The notes beneath the pieces were generated by a model. It had not been told where the DNA came from. It did no database searches and saw only the letters and a list, made by a program, of their open reading frames with translations. 64,000 bases of DNA from an uncultured Acidobacteriaceae bacterium (GTDB lineage: Bacteria; Acidobacteriota; Terriglobia; Terriglobales; Acidobacteriaceae). The stretch covers positions 337,412-401,411 of the forward strand of contig CAVZUO010000001.1 in the NCBI GenBank assembly GCA_963778535.1. The letters are read 5' to 3'. The translations under genes were made by a program, and so were the position numbers. This document shows, piece after piece, positions 18,252 through 28,244 of this stretch. Each line of letters begins with the position of its first letter. Position 1 is the first letter of the stretch.

Positions 18252-21224
18252 TCATTGAAGTTTCGCGTATTCAGCTTTGGCTTGCTTCAGGATGAGGATG
18301 TCGGGGTCGGCATCTTTCCAGAGGGTGAGAAAATCCTTATAGGCTGCGAGCGCGCGAACGCGGTTGGCATCGACATCGGGTCCCTGCGACAATTTTGATT
18401 GCAGTGCATTGGCGCGTGCCAGGCCCAAACGCGCCAGCGCGCCCGTCCAACAAGTCCAGACGATCCCGTTGTGATCAAGAATTTTCTGAAATTCCGCCGC
18501 AGCGGCGCTACCCTGTCCGGCTGCCAGATATGCCTGTCCGCGCACGTAGTTGGAATAAAGACAGGAAGCGTTGACAAGAAACTGCATCTGTCCTAACTCA
18601 ATCGGGGTCGCGGCTTGCAGAGCATCGAGCGCGGCAGTGGAGTCTTTGCGAGCGTCTTTTGGAGCCCCATCCAACAATATTTGCGCACGAATCGTGGGGA
18701 GCCAAAGCTGCTGCATTTGCGTGTCCAGCGGGAAACGCTTGGCTAATTCGTCGGTCAAAGACTTGGCTCGCTGGGTATCGGTGTGGCCGGCCATGGCGAA
18801 CGCCAATGCGGCTTCGCTCTCGGCGCTCTGGCTGGTGGGAGCGAGTTTCAAGGCCGCGATTGCAAGCTTGCTGGCTTCTGCGGGATAGCCGAAGGCGGCC
18901 TCGCGCTGCGCGGCGATGGCCTCCCACACGGCTCCGCTTTCCTTGCTGTCGGCCTTGATGGCGGAGTCGGCGGCCTGCTTGCTCAACTCCCGTGCGCGGT
19001 GCAGATGGCCTGCGTAGGCCTCGGTGTCAGAAGAAAGCTCGAGTATCTGATTCTCAAAGTCGGCATTACCCGTAAACCATTTTTGCTGCTCCGCCATGCC
19101 CTGCGAATCGCCGCCGAAGTAGTCGAGAATGTAGAAACCAGCATGGAAGGACGCGTCGTCGATGCCGCGGGCTTCGGCTGTGCGGATAACCTCGCGCGCC
19201 TCGTCGAAACGCTGCAGGGCGATCAAATCCATAAACAGATTGATGGAAGCGTCGGAACGTTCGGGCGCACGGCGCAGGCCCTCTTTCGTGACCTCGGCGG
19301 CCCTTTCGTACTGTCCTTCGGCGGCATACGCGAGACCCAGATTGCTGAATGCTCCGATGCTGCGAGGGTAAGTGGCAATCTGCTTTTCGAGTACGGCGGC
19401 GGATTTGTCCACTTCCCCGGTGACCGAAGCATAGTAGTCGCCTTCGATCGCCAGTTTTTCGCGCTCACTGGCGTGCCCCCGGAGTTCAAATGCCTTGGTG
19501 AAATAATCGCGCGAACGTTCGAGCTCGAGCAGTCCCCAGTAGTCGCTGCCTAGTTGCCGGTAGGCGCTGGCGAAATTGGGATCGAGCTGGATGGCGCGCA
19601 GATGATAGGGCAACGCAGCCGGCGGCCCTTTCTCGTTGTAGGCATCGAGGCCGAGACTGTATGCCTTCAGGGCATCGAGCGATGATGTAGTGGCGTCGGC
19701 GAGCGAAACGTCGAACTTCTGCACCGTGGCCAGCGACTCACCCAACTGCTTGCGGAGTTCCGATGCCGCGGTGCCGAGCGCATCGAGCACCTTGCCCTTG
19801 GAGGCTGCCGTAGCCTGCTCCTGCGCCAGCGTATCTCCATTCGCACAATTTACCGCCTTCAGGCCGATTACATAATCGCTGCCGAGGCTGGCGATGGCTC
19901 CCGCAATGTAAACCTTGCTGTGGGTGCGGCGGCAAAGTTCGCGCGCTAACTCCGGGGTAAGTTTGGTGCCCGGCGCAACAGCCATTTTCTGCAAACTTCG
20001 GGCAGCGTCGGGGGCGGAGAGCACATTGAGAAACGGCGATTGGCCAAGCGAAATGCTGAGCGCCGTCCTGAGCGAGTTATCGAACGCGGCATCGCTGGTG
20101 TTGTTGGCAAAATCGGCGAGAATGACGGTGTCTTTGTCGGTGAGACGATCGGTTGGCCGATGCCCGCGGGAGTTGACGAGATAGTAGGTGAGTCCGCCGC
20201 CGATCAATCCAGCGATGAGCACGGTTGTGAGGATCAGGGGAAGGCTGATTTTCGGCGGCGCGTTGTCGGCTGTGACGTGCGCGCTTTCGCGGGCGGCCGC
20301 TGAACCTCCAGTTGGAATTGCAATTCCTGAGATGTACGCGGTCTCGGTATCGCGCTTCAGGCGTTGCAGGTCAGCGCGCATCTCGGAGGCATGCTGGTAA
20401 CGGAGGTCTCGATTTTTCTCCAAAGCCTTGGTGATGATTTCTTCGAGTTGCAGCGGCACGTGCGGATTCCGCAGGCTCGGCAGTTCCGGAAGTTCGTGGA
20501 GGATGGCTCCATAAGTGGCTCCGTCGGTATCGCGATCAAAGGGCAGCCGGCCGCTGACCATCTCATAGAGCGTCACGCCGAAAGAAAACAGATCACTGCG
20601 TTCGTCGAGCAGTTTGCCCGCAACCTGCTCGGGCGACATGTAACTTACTGTGCCGATGGCGGCGTCTTTGATGGTGAGATCCTGATCACGGACTGTGGCC
20701 CCAATGGTGGGATCCTCTGAGCCTGAGCCCGAGCTCGATCCACGCCGGCTGTAATCGGCCATTTTCGCCAGGCCGAAGTCGAGAACCTTGGCGTGCTCAC
20801 GTTTGGTGACGAAAATGTTGGCGGGCTTCACATCACGATGAATGATGCCGGCGGCATGGGCCGCATCGAGGGCGTCGGCAATCTGGATGGCGAGTACGAG
20901 CACGGCCTCGGTGTCCATGGGGCGGCCGCCGATACGGTACTTGAGCGACACGCCCTCGAGATACTCCATGGCAATGAAGGCGGGGCCGGCCTGATCGTCA
21001 ATCTCATATATGGTGCAGATGTTGGGATGATTCAATGCGGATGCGGCTTTGGCTTCGCGCTGGAAACGAGCCAGGGTCGCGGCATCTCCGGCGACATCTA
21101 CGGGCAGGAACTTGAGGGCAACAAAGCGGCCGAGTTTGAGGTCCTCGGCTTTGTAGACCACACCCATCCCGCCACCGCCGAGTTTTTCGATGATGCGGTA
21201 ATGCGAGATGGTCTGTCCGATCAT
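18252..21224 (-). CDS. Ser/Thr protein kinase with a TM helix and a large TPR-repeat extracytoplasmic region
   Basis: Start reassigned to [26 protein letters not shown] (ATG at 21224). It has [16 protein letters not shown] and SPE motifs, a TM segment [21 protein letters not shown], then TPR-like repeats. The extra 34 codons in the ORF track are translation of a repeat element. Confidence 0.85.
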   Translation of the reverse strand: MIGQTISHYRIIEKLGGGGMGVVYKAEDLKLGRFVALKFLPVDVAGDAATLARFQREAKAASALNHPNICTIYEIDDQAGPAFIAMEYLEGVSLKYRIGGRPMDTEAVLVLAIQIADALDAAHAAGIIHRDVKPANIFVTKREHAKVLDFGLAKMADYSRRGSSSGSGSEDPTIGATVRDQDLTIKDAAIGTVSYMSPEQVAGKLLDERSDLFSFGVTLYEMVSGRLPFDRDTDGATYGAILHELPELPSLRNPHVPLQLEEIITKALEKNRDLRYQHASEMRADLQRLKRDTETAYISGIAIPTGGSAAARESAHVTADNAPPKISLPLILTTVLIAGLIGGGLTYYLVNSRGHRPTDRLTDKDTVILADFANNTSDAAFDNSLRTALSISLGQSPFLNVLSAPDAARSLQKMAVAPGTKLTPELARELCRRTHSKVYIAGAIASLGSDYVIGLKAVNCANGDTLAQEQATAASKGKVLDALGTAASELRKQLGESLATVQKFDVSLADATTSSLDALKAYSLGLDAYNEKGPPAALPYHLRAIQLDPNFASAYRQLGSDYWGLLELERSRDYFTKAFELRGHASEREKLAIEGDYYASVTGEVDKSAAVLEKQIATYPRSIGAFSNLGLAYAAEGQYERAAEVTKEGLRRAPERSDASINLFMDLIALQRFDEAREVIRTAEARGIDDASFHAGFYILDYFGGDSQGMAEQQKWFTGNADFENQILELSSDTEAYAGHLHRARELSKQAADSAIKADSKESGAVWEAIAAQREAAFGYPAEASKLAIAALKLAPTSQSAESEAALAFAMAGHTDTQRAKSLTDELAKRFPLDTQMQQLWLPTIRAQILLDGAPKDARKDSTAALDALQAATPIELGQMQFLVNASCLYSNYVRGQAYLAAGQGSAAAAEFQKILDHNGIVWTCWTGALARLGLARANALQSKLSQGPDVDANRVRALAAYKDFLTLWKDADPDILILKQAKAEYAKLQ

Positions 21225-21275
21225 TGGCGAAATCTTAGCGGCGAGGCTCTGGCAAGTCAACGATGGATGATTGCC

Positions 21276-21360
21276 GAGGTTAGAGGTCAGATTGCAGAGG
21301 TAAAAGCGACCGACTTCGGCTTTCACCTCTGCAATCTAAACGATGACCTCTGACCTAAGG
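21276..21360. repeat. Repeat family B, both arms (long hairpin)
   Basis: GAGGTTAGAGGTCAGATTGCAGAGGTAAAAGC ... GCTTTCACCTCTGCAATCTAAACGATGACCTCTGACCTAAGG. The arms are largely complementary. Confidence 0.8.
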
Positions 21361-21427
21361 TGAGCGAAATCGCTGTTCTCGACAGTTGACAGGCGACAGG
21401 CGTAGAGTCCTGTTCAGAGTCACGCAT

Positions 21428-22090
21428 ATGCTGGCCGTAGTCGTCGTTCTCGTGCTTTCTCAGATTCTGGCTTCGCAGACCGAGGTAAGCACCTACATAC
21501 CCCATACTGCTCAAGATGTTTCGCGTGTTGCTTTAGAGGACGGCGGCTCGCACGTGGCCCTCGCTGCTTGGAGCCAGCCGTCGAAAAACGGGCCGGGATT
21601 CGATACTGCTGTTGTTGCGGTTTCCGGCACTGGTAAGCAGACGAAGGCGATTTGGCATTTGAAACTACCGGGTGCCTACTCGCCGAACCTAGTCGAAAAG
21701 TCCGAGTTCAAATATCAGGGGAAAACAGTTGTCCTTTTGCGAGTCCAGTTTGGCGCTGCGGCGGCAAAGATGTTTGTGTTGGCAGTCAAGCGTGACAGAG
21801 TGCTTCAACTAGGCGCAATCGAAGCAGATGATTTCGAGTGCGTCAACATGCAGGGTGCTACGTACTTGGTCGCGCATGACTACTCCGATATGCTTGATGT
21901 TCCTTTGCTCTACCGATGGACTGGAACAGCTTTTATTGACGACAGCCAGCATCATCCACAGTTTTACAGGGAGTTGGCCGCGCAAATCAGAAAGGAGTCA
22001 GATGTGACGAAGTTCGCTGAACCCGCTCAGCTTGGGTTTGCGCAAATTCTTCGCTTGAGTGGAGAGCAGCCGCCGGTTCCCGCCAAGTAA
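21428..22090 (+). CDS. Hypothetical secreted protein
   Basis: ORF with a signal-like N-terminus MLAVVVVLVLSQILASQ. No recognisable domain. Confidence 0.4.
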   Translation: MLAVVVVLVLSQILASQTEVSTYIPHTAQDVSRVALEDGGSHVALAAWSQPSKNGPGFDTAVVAVSGTGKQTKAIWHLKLPGAYSPNLVEKSEFKYQGKTVVLLRVQFGAAAAKMFVLAVKRDRVLQLGAIEADDFECVNMQGATYLVAHDYSDMLDVPLLYRWTGTAFIDDSQHHPQFYRELAAQIRKESDVTKFAEPAQLGFAQILRLSGEQPPVPAK

Positions 22091-22175
22091 CTGTCGCAAA
22101 ATCGCGATTACGCTCTTTAAGCTCGCGAACGCGTTCTTGACAGGCAACAGACAGACTCGCTATTCCATTGGTCCG

Positions 22176-24059
22176 CTATTCCACCGTGACTGACTTGGCG
22201 AGGTTGCGGGGTTGGTCGACGTCGCAGCCGCGACGGACGGCGATGTGATACGCGAGTAACTGGAGCGGGACGATTTCGAGAATCGCGCTCAGCTCGTCCG
22301 TAGTGGGCGGTACATAGAGCACGTGATCGGCGTCTTCGGCAATCTCTTTGTCGCCTTCGGTGGCCAGGGCAATGACAATACCGGAGCGGGCTTTCACTTC
22401 CTGAAGATTGGAAATCGTTTTCTCGTAGCGCAGCATTGACTGGGGATTGTTGACATCGCGGGTGGCGATGACGACCACGGGAAGATTTTCATCGATGAGA
22501 GCGTTCGGGCCGTGCTTCATTTCTCCGGCGGGATAACCCTCGGCGTGGATGTAGGAAATTTCCTTCAGCTTGAGCGCGCCTTCGAGAGCGATGGGATAGT
22601 GGATGCCGCGACCGAGAAACAGGAAATCCTGAGAGCGTACGTAAGTCTTCGATAAGTCGTCGCAAGCTTCGTCATGAGTAAGTATCTGTTCGAGTTTGCC
22701 GGGGATCAGCATGAGTTGCTGAACCGCCTCCTTGGCTTGCTCGGGAGTAAGCGTGCCGCGAACTTGCGCGAGATACAAAGCAAAGAGATAGAGAGCGGTA
22801 AGCTGTCCGGTGAAAGCCTTGGTGGACGCGACGCCGATCTCGGGGCCGGCATGGGTGTAGATAGTACCGGCGGCTTCGCGCGTAATCATGGAACCGACCA
22901 CATTGCAGATGGCGAGGGTCTTCGAGCCTTTGGCCTTGGCTTCGCGCTGAGCGGCGATGGTGTCAGCGGTCTCGCCGGACTGGGAGATCAGCAGCGTCAT
23001 GGTGTCGGGCGCGAGGATGGGATCGCGATAGCGCCATTCGCTGGCATAATCGACTTCGACGGGAACGCGGGCCAAGGCTTCGATCATGAACTTGCCGGCG
23101 AGTCCGGCATGCCAACTGGTGCCGCAGGCGGCGATATCAATCTTGCGAAGCGCCTTGAACTCCGCGTCGGTCACGTGCATTTCATCGAGAAATATTTTGC
23201 CGGTGTCCTGGGAGACGCGGCCGAGAGTGGTGTCGCGGACGGTGCGCGGCTGCTCGTAGATTTCCTTGAGCATGAAGTGCTTGAAGCCACCCTTTTCGGC
23301 CATGATGGGATCCCAAGTGATGCGCTGGACCACGTGCTCGACTGGGCGGCCGTCGAAGTCAGTGACCTTCACTCCGTTTTGCGTGATGATGGCGACATCG
23401 CCATCGTTGAGAAAAAAGAGATCGCGAGTGTGGTCGAGAAGAGCGGGCACGTCACTGGCGACGAAGTATTCATCCTTCCCGAGGCCGATAACTACGGGCG
23501 GGCCATTGCGGGCGGCGACGACCTTGTTGGGCTCTCCGGTGGCGATGACGACGAGCGCAAAAACGCCAGCGAGTTCCTTGACGGCTTTGCGGACGGCTTC
23601 TTCGAGCAGAGGACGATGGCCGTTGCTGGCGGTGTAGTGCTTCTCGATGAGATGGGCGATGACTTCGGTATCGGTTTCAGTGGTGAATTTGTGGCCTTCG
23701 GCGATCAGTTTTTTCTTGAGCGAAAGATAGTTTTCGACGATGCCATTGTGGACGACAACGATATTGCCGGTGCAGTCACGATGAGGATGAGCGTTCTCCT
23801 CGGTGGGGCGTCCATGGGTGGCCCAGCGGGTGTGGCCGATGCCGTAAGTGCCCTGCAGCGGCTTGATGCGGATGACCTCTTCGAGATTGCGCAGCTTGCC
23901 TTCGGCGCGGCGGATCTCAAGGCCATTGCCGGTTCCGTCGCCGTTTCCGCAGACGGCGATGCCGGCGGAGTCATAGCCGCGATACTCAAGCTTTCTGAGG
24001 CCTTCGATAATGACGGGGACAACTTCTTTTTTGCCAACGTATCCCACGATGCCGCACAT
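22176..24059 (-). CDS. glmS: Glutamine--fructose-6-phosphate aminotransferase
   Basis: MCGIVGY Ntn-amidotransferase start, two SIS domains and a C-terminal ...NLAKSVTVE. Confidence 0.95.
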   Translation of the reverse strand: MCGIVGYVGKKEVVPVIIEGLRKLEYRGYDSAGIAVCGNGDGTGNGLEIRRAEGKLRNLEEVIRIKPLQGTYGIGHTRWATHGRPTEENAHPHRDCTGNIVVVHNGIVENYLSLKKKLIAEGHKFTTETDTEVIAHLIEKHYTASNGHRPLLEEAVRKAVKELAGVFALVVIATGEPNKVVAARNGPPVVIGLGKDEYFVASDVPALLDHTRDLFFLNDGDVAIITQNGVKVTDFDGRPVEHVVQRITWDPIMAEKGGFKHFMLKEIYEQPRTVRDTTLGRVSQDTGKIFLDEMHVTDAEFKALRKIDIAACGTSWHAGLAGKFMIEALARVPVEVDYASEWRYRDPILAPDTMTLLISQSGETADTIAAQREAKAKGSKTLAICNVVGSMITREAAGTIYTHAGPEIGVASTKAFTGQLTALYLFALYLAQVRGTLTPEQAKEAVQQLMLIPGKLEQILTHDEACDDLSKTYVRSQDFLFLGRGIHYPIALEGALKLKEISYIHAEGYPAGEMKHGPNALIDENLPVVVIATRDVNNPQSMLRYEKTISNLQEVKARSGIVIALATEGDKEIAEDADHVLYVPPTTDELSAILEIVPLQLLAYHIAVRRGCDVDQPRNLAKSVTVE

Positions 24060-24204
24060 GCGAGTTGTCTCCTTTAATAACGTTGCTAGTAACTTTTCTA
24101 ATAACTCTGCGGGGAGGAAGCACTGTCCAAGGGGATTTGATGCGCGCCCTGGAACGGGGATCTATTCTTCGGACGATCTTCTTCCGGCGATCTTCTTCCG
24201 ACGA

Positions 24205-24450
24205 TCAGTCTTCCAGGGAGAAGCGAAATTCCTCAATGACCGGATTGGTCAACACTTCGCGCGCGATCCGCTCTACCTCGGTCTCCGCGTCCTGCTTTGA
24301 GATACCACCATTCAAAATGATTTCGAAATACTTGCCCTGACGCACTTCCTGCAGGCCCTTGTAGCCCATCTTGGCGAGCGCGCCGTGGATGGTTTTACCC
24401 TGGGGATCGAGGACGCTTTTTTTGAGCGAAACGTAGACTTGAGCTTTCAT
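24205..24450 (-). CDS. purS: Phosphoribosylformylglycinamidine synthase subunit PurS
   Basis: 81 aa. MKAQVYVSLKKSVLDPQGKTIHGALAKMGY... matches PurS along the whole length. Confidence 0.9.
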   Translation of the reverse strand: MKAQVYVSLKKSVLDPQGKTIHGALAKMGYKGLQEVRQGKYFEIILNGGISKQDAETEVERIAREVLTNPVIEEFRFSLED

Positions 24451-24508
24451 TTCCTAGCCGATTATACGTCAGCATGACGAAAGCGGCTGGGGGTTTTGCT
24501 TATAGGAG

Positions 24509-24811
24509 CTATGGGATTTTCCCGTTCCCGGCTGGAGGTGAGGGACCGGTATTTTCTTGTAAACCTGCCAGTTGGCGGTCGATCTCGGCCAGCGACTTTC
24601 CGAGCATGTCGCGGCGTTGAGGATGAGGGGAGCTTTCAAGCTGCCGCAGAAGCGAGGTGCGGGCCAGCAACAAACCGTCGCGTTTGCGCTTCTGCTCCTT
24701 TTGCTGGAGAGACAAGGAGGGGCCGCGCTGCTTGCGATCGTCGGCCGATCCGGCTTGGACCGATTCGGCCTGCTGCTGTTCGACGGACTTGCTTTCCCAG
24801 CCCCGTGCCAT
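24509..24811 (-). CDS. Hypothetical charged protein
   Basis: 100-aa ORF MARGWESKSVEQQQAE..., Lys/Arg/Gln-rich, with no clear RBS. Confidence 0.35.
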   Translation of the reverse strand: MARGWESKSVEQQQAESVQAGSADDRKQRGPSLSLQQKEQKRKRDGLLLARTSLLRQLESSPHPQRRDMLGKSLAEIDRQLAGLQENTGPSPPAGNGKIP

Positions 24812-25071
24812 TTTGGTAATTATTTTACGTTTTGCGGACAGTTTTCACAAAGATCCTATCGATGAGACAACTCCTGAAAAAATCATGTACATGAAGTCCC
24901 GGCGGACTGTCATGCCGGAAAGATGGCGTTACAGTTGGTCGGGCGTGGGGAGAGAGTCTCGCATGTTGCGACCACTGATTGAGAAGAGCCGGGGACATTT
25001 CGGCTGGAACGCCTCCAGAACTGCTCACATCCTAAGGAAAGGCCCGAGGTTATTGAGGGCAAGTTTGCCTC

Positions 25072-26190
25072 ATGCAAGAGAAAGTCACCGGCTCGGGCAG
25101 GCGAAGCGGAGGTAGGAATTCAGGCGAAGATCGCCCAGCCCCCGGACAAGGCAATACCCCAACATCGATTGCTGATCTGCGAGCCGCGAGCGAATTCGGC
25201 TTGGGCAAGGAGAACACCGCGCTGGAGAGCGTGCGGCAGCCTGGTGTCTCGCATGGCGAAGACCTAATCGGCAATAGTCTGGCTCTAAAGCGGGTGCTCG
25301 AGCACGCGGCGGTTGTGGCGCGAACAGACGCCACAGTGCTAATCACGGGCGAAACGGGAACCGGGAAAGAATGCTTTGCCCGCGCCATTCATGGGATGAG
25401 CGCGCGCAAGGAGAGAGCTTTCATCAAAGTAAATTGCGCCGCCATCCCGACCGGATTGCTGGAGAGCGAGCTTTTTGGGCATGAGAAGGGGGCTTTCACC
25501 GGCGCCGTCAGCCAGAAACCCGGGCGGCTGGAACTTGCCGACAAAGGAACCCTGCTTCTCGATGAAATCGGTGAGGTTCCCTTGGAGCTACAGCCCAAGC
25601 TGTTGCGCGTGCTCCAAGACCAGGAATTCGAACGGCTAGGGGGAACCAGATCCATCCGGGTGGATGTGCGGGTAATTGCGGCCAGCAATCGAGACCTGGA
25701 GCGCGCCGTGGCCGCCAAGGAGTTTCGCAACGATCTTTTCTACCGGTTGAATGTGTTTCCTTTGCGGTTGCCGGCATTGCGCGAACGGAAAGAGGACATT
25801 CCGCGGCTGGTGCGGCACTTTGTGGAGAGATTCTCAACGCGGCTGAAGAAGAGGATCGATTTCATTCCGGACGAAGCCGTAGACGCGATGATGCAATGGG
25901 ACTGGCCTGGCAATGTTCGCGAACTGGAAAATTTTATTGAACGCTCGATCATCTTGTCTGACGGGAACCGCTTGCGCGCGCCGCTATGGGAACTTCGAAA
26001 ATCTTCGTTGTATATCGAGAGCCAAACCCTACGCGATCGCGAACGGGACCACATTCTTAAGGCCCTGCGAAAAACACAGGGGAAGTTCTCAGGCGCGCAA
26101 GGAGCGGCGACGCAGCTTGGCATAAAGCGAAGCACATTACAGTACAAAATACAGAAATTAGGAATCTCACGCAGCGAATATCTTGATTAG
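25072..26190 (+). CDS. Sigma-54-dependent transcriptional activator (AAA+ plus Fis-type HTH) lacking an N-terminal sensory domain
   Basis: GETGTGKE Walker A, GAFTGA loop, LLLDEIG Walker B and a C-terminal HTH AATQLGIKRSTLQYKIQKLGI. Only about 65 low-complexity residues precede the AAA+ core. Confidence 0.85.
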   Translation: MQEKVTGSGRRSGGRNSGEDRPAPGQGNTPTSIADLRAASEFGLGKENTALESVRQPGVSHGEDLIGNSLALKRVLEHAAVVARTDATVLITGETGTGKECFARAIHGMSARKERAFIKVNCAAIPTGLLESELFGHEKGAFTGAVSQKPGRLELADKGTLLLDEIGEVPLELQPKLLRVLQDQEFERLGGTRSIRVDVRVIAASNRDLERAVAAKEFRNDLFYRLNVFPLRLPALRERKEDIPRLVRHFVERFSTRLKKRIDFIPDEAVDAMMQWDWPGNVRELENFIERSIILSDGNRLRAPLWELRKSSLYIESQTLRDRERDHILKALRKTQGKFSGAQGAATQLGIKRSTLQYKIQKLGISRSEYLD

Positions 26191-26410
26191 GACGCCGATT
26201 AGTAGCGGCCTGAGCTGCCAGATCTCCGGCAGCGCTGCCCAACCAACGTCACGCATACATTTCAGGGGCCACGGGCTCCCAATTTAAAACGCGACTTGAG
26301 AATGAGTTGGCGATAGGGCAGCGGTGGCAGTGCAAATGCAAACTCAGCGAATGCCTTGGGTCAGATCCTGCCAAGGCTCAGGTTCTTCCAGCCTTTCGAG
26401 GAGTTGTGGT

Positions 26411-27118
26411 ATGGGTATGCTACGGCGCTTTGCCGTCCCGGCCGATTGCGTGGACTGCAAGCTTTGTACCAAGGGCGATTTCTGCCATTTGCCGACAGAG
26501 TCATTGAAATTGTTAAGCAGGGTGGGACATGTGACGATGTACCCCAGTTGCGCCCCACTGCTGACGGAGGGCTTGACACCGAATGGCGTCTACATTGTGT
26601 GTTCGGGCCGCGTCAAGCTGTCGGTGGAAACACGCGAGGGCAAAACCGTCATCCTGAAAATCGCGGACAACCGCTATCTGCTGGGGCTAAGCGCGATTAT
26701 CTCCGGCCGCCCATCACCGGTAACGGCCACGACGCTCGATTTCTGTCAGATCAAGTTTTTGGACCGCGAGAACCTTCTTCGACTGATTGAAAGCGACAGT
26801 CAACTCGCCCTTACGTGCGCCACGATGCTAGCGGGCGAGGCTAGCGCGACTTTTAGCGACGTCTACGAACTGCTGCTGGCGCGCAGTTCCACGGAAAAGC
26901 TGGCGCGCTTGCTGCTTTCCTGGGTCGCCGGCGAACCGCGTAACCGGGAACTGCGCGTGCCGTCGGAGTTTACGCATGAGGAAATGGCGCAGATGATTGG
27001 TTCGTCGCGTGAAACAGTGACCCGGTTGCTGACCGACATGCGACGAAAGGAACTAATCCGGATTGAAGGTTCAACCCTGATAATTCCTAATCGGATTGCT
27101 TTGCAGGCGATTGCATAA
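26411..27118 (+). CDS. Crp/Fnr-family transcriptional regulator with an N-terminal Cys cluster
   Basis: cNMP-binding-type beta-roll and a C-terminal HTH SRETVTRLLTDMRRKELI. The N-terminus carries CVDCKLCTKGDFC. The start is taken at MGMLRRF (26411), and the track ORF starts at 26324. Confidence 0.8.
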   Translation: MGMLRRFAVPADCVDCKLCTKGDFCHLPTESLKLLSRVGHVTMYPSCAPLLTEGLTPNGVYIVCSGRVKLSVETREGKTVILKIADNRYLLGLSAIISGRPSPVTATTLDFCQIKFLDRENLLRLIESDSQLALTCATMLAGEASATFSDVYELLLARSSTEKLARLLLSWVAGEPRNRELRVPSEFTHEEMAQMIGSSRETVTRLLTDMRRKELIRIEGSTLIIPNRIALQAIA

Positions 27119-27134
27119 CTGGGACCCTCCCCCT

Positions 27135-27169
27135 GGGCGGACGTGCTCTGTGGCGGCCGCCCTTTTTTT
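27135..27169 (+). terminator. Candidate intrinsic terminator after the Crp/Fnr gene
   Basis: GGGCGG...CCGCCC (also a GGCGGCCGCC self-dyad) followed by TTTTTTT, in the convergent spacer. Confidence 0.45.
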
Positions 27170-27196
27170 CTCCAACAACGGACGCTGCGAGTTTGG

Positions 27197-27973
27197 CTAA
27201 AGGTTGACCAGTTCGCGGAGCCGGCGGGTTTGGGCGCGGCTCACTGGAATCTCGGTTTGCTTCTTGTCGTCCATGCGGAGCTGGTAAGAACTCTTGAACC
27301 AAGGGACGACTTCGCGAATGTGATTGATGTTGACGAGAAACGAGCGGTGGGCGCGCCAGAAATGATTGGGGTCGAGAGTTTCAAAGAGTTCTTCCAGCGT
27401 GCGGCAATTTGACTGGCCTTCCATGCCGGAATGGCCACTGGTGGTGACGGTAATCACGCCATCCTGAATTGTGGCGAAGCAAATATCTTTTGGATCAGCG
27501 AGCAGCAACCGGCCGGCGGCCTTGATCAGAATCTTACCCGCGGCGGGCTTCTGGGCTTCCAACATGCGAACGAGAGTTTCAAGTTTCTCCTCGCCGCCCG
27601 AGTCCAGCTTGGCGCGCGCCTTTTCGATGGATTGCGCGACTCTCTTCTTGTCGAAAGGCTTCAGCAGGTAATCGACCGCGTTCACTTCGAAGGCCTTCAC
27701 CGCGTACTGATCGAAGGCCGTGGCAAAAACAATCTGCGGGAGCGGCACCTTGCGATCGAGCAGCTTCTTAATCACTCCGAAACCGTCGAGCCCTGGCATT
27801 TGAACATCGAGGAACAGGAGGTCGGGATTATGCTCTCGAACGAGATTGACAGCTTCGAGGCCATTCTTTCCTTGCGCCAAAACATTGACATCCGAGTGAC
27901 TCAACAAGTAGGCGAGTTCGTCCCGCGCGAGTTGTTCGTCATCGACGATGACAGCAGAAAGAGCCATAAGCAT
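27197..27973 (-). CDS. LytR/AlgR-family response regulator (receiver plus LytTR DNA-binding domain)
   Basis: The receiver has VIVDDE and DLLFLDVQMPGLDG. The C-terminal LytTR has ...FWRAHRSFLVNINHI.... Confidence 0.85.
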   Translation of the reverse strand: MLMALSAVIVDDEQLARDELAYLLSHSDVNVLAQGKNGLEAVNLVREHNPDLLFLDVQMPGLDGFGVIKKLLDRKVPLPQIVFATAFDQYAVKAFEVNAVDYLLKPFDKKRVAQSIEKARAKLDSGGEEKLETLVRMLEAQKPAAGKILIKAAGRLLLADPKDICFATIQDGVITVTTSGHSGMEGQSNCRTLEELFETLDPNHFWRAHRSFLVNINHIREVVPWFKSSYQLRMDDKKQTEIPVSRAQTRRLRELVNL

Positions 27974-28136
27974 GCTCAGCGCGGTTCAGCCCGGCACCGG
28001 AGGCGGGACCGAGACACAGCGATTCCTCCGCAAGAGGAGAGCAAAACTGCTTCTCAGTATACCGACGGCGAGAAAACGAGCGCAATGCAGGGCGAAAGCA
28101 GGTGATGGTCCAGTTTGAGGCAAAGTGTTAGGTGAT

Positions 28137-28189
28137 GCGCACAATCCCTCGCCCCGCAGGTGAAAACGCGGGGCTTCGTTTATGACGCC
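28137..28189 (+). repeat. Repeat family A copy
   Basis: GCGCACAATCCCTCGCCCCGCAGGTGAAAACGCGGGGCTTCGTTTATGACGCC is near-identical in layout to 29524-29577. Confidence 0.75.
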
Positions 28190-28244
28190 AATCTGTTGAT
28201 CTGAGTTTTACGGACCGAATTGCACTACCCGCATGGCAAAGTTG

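Noticed and set aside
22674-24077. 467-aa ORF on the plus strand
   Set aside because: It lies entirely antisense to glmS. The composition is Gly/Asp/Ala-rich and typical of a high-GC shadow frame. No motifs were recognised.
24060-24204. Possible glmS ribozyme in the glmS leader
   Set aside because: Only about 145 nt are available, and they are partly occupied by a simple 14-nt tandem repeat and the purS end. I could not recognise the conserved ribozyme core. A covariance-model scan would settle the question.
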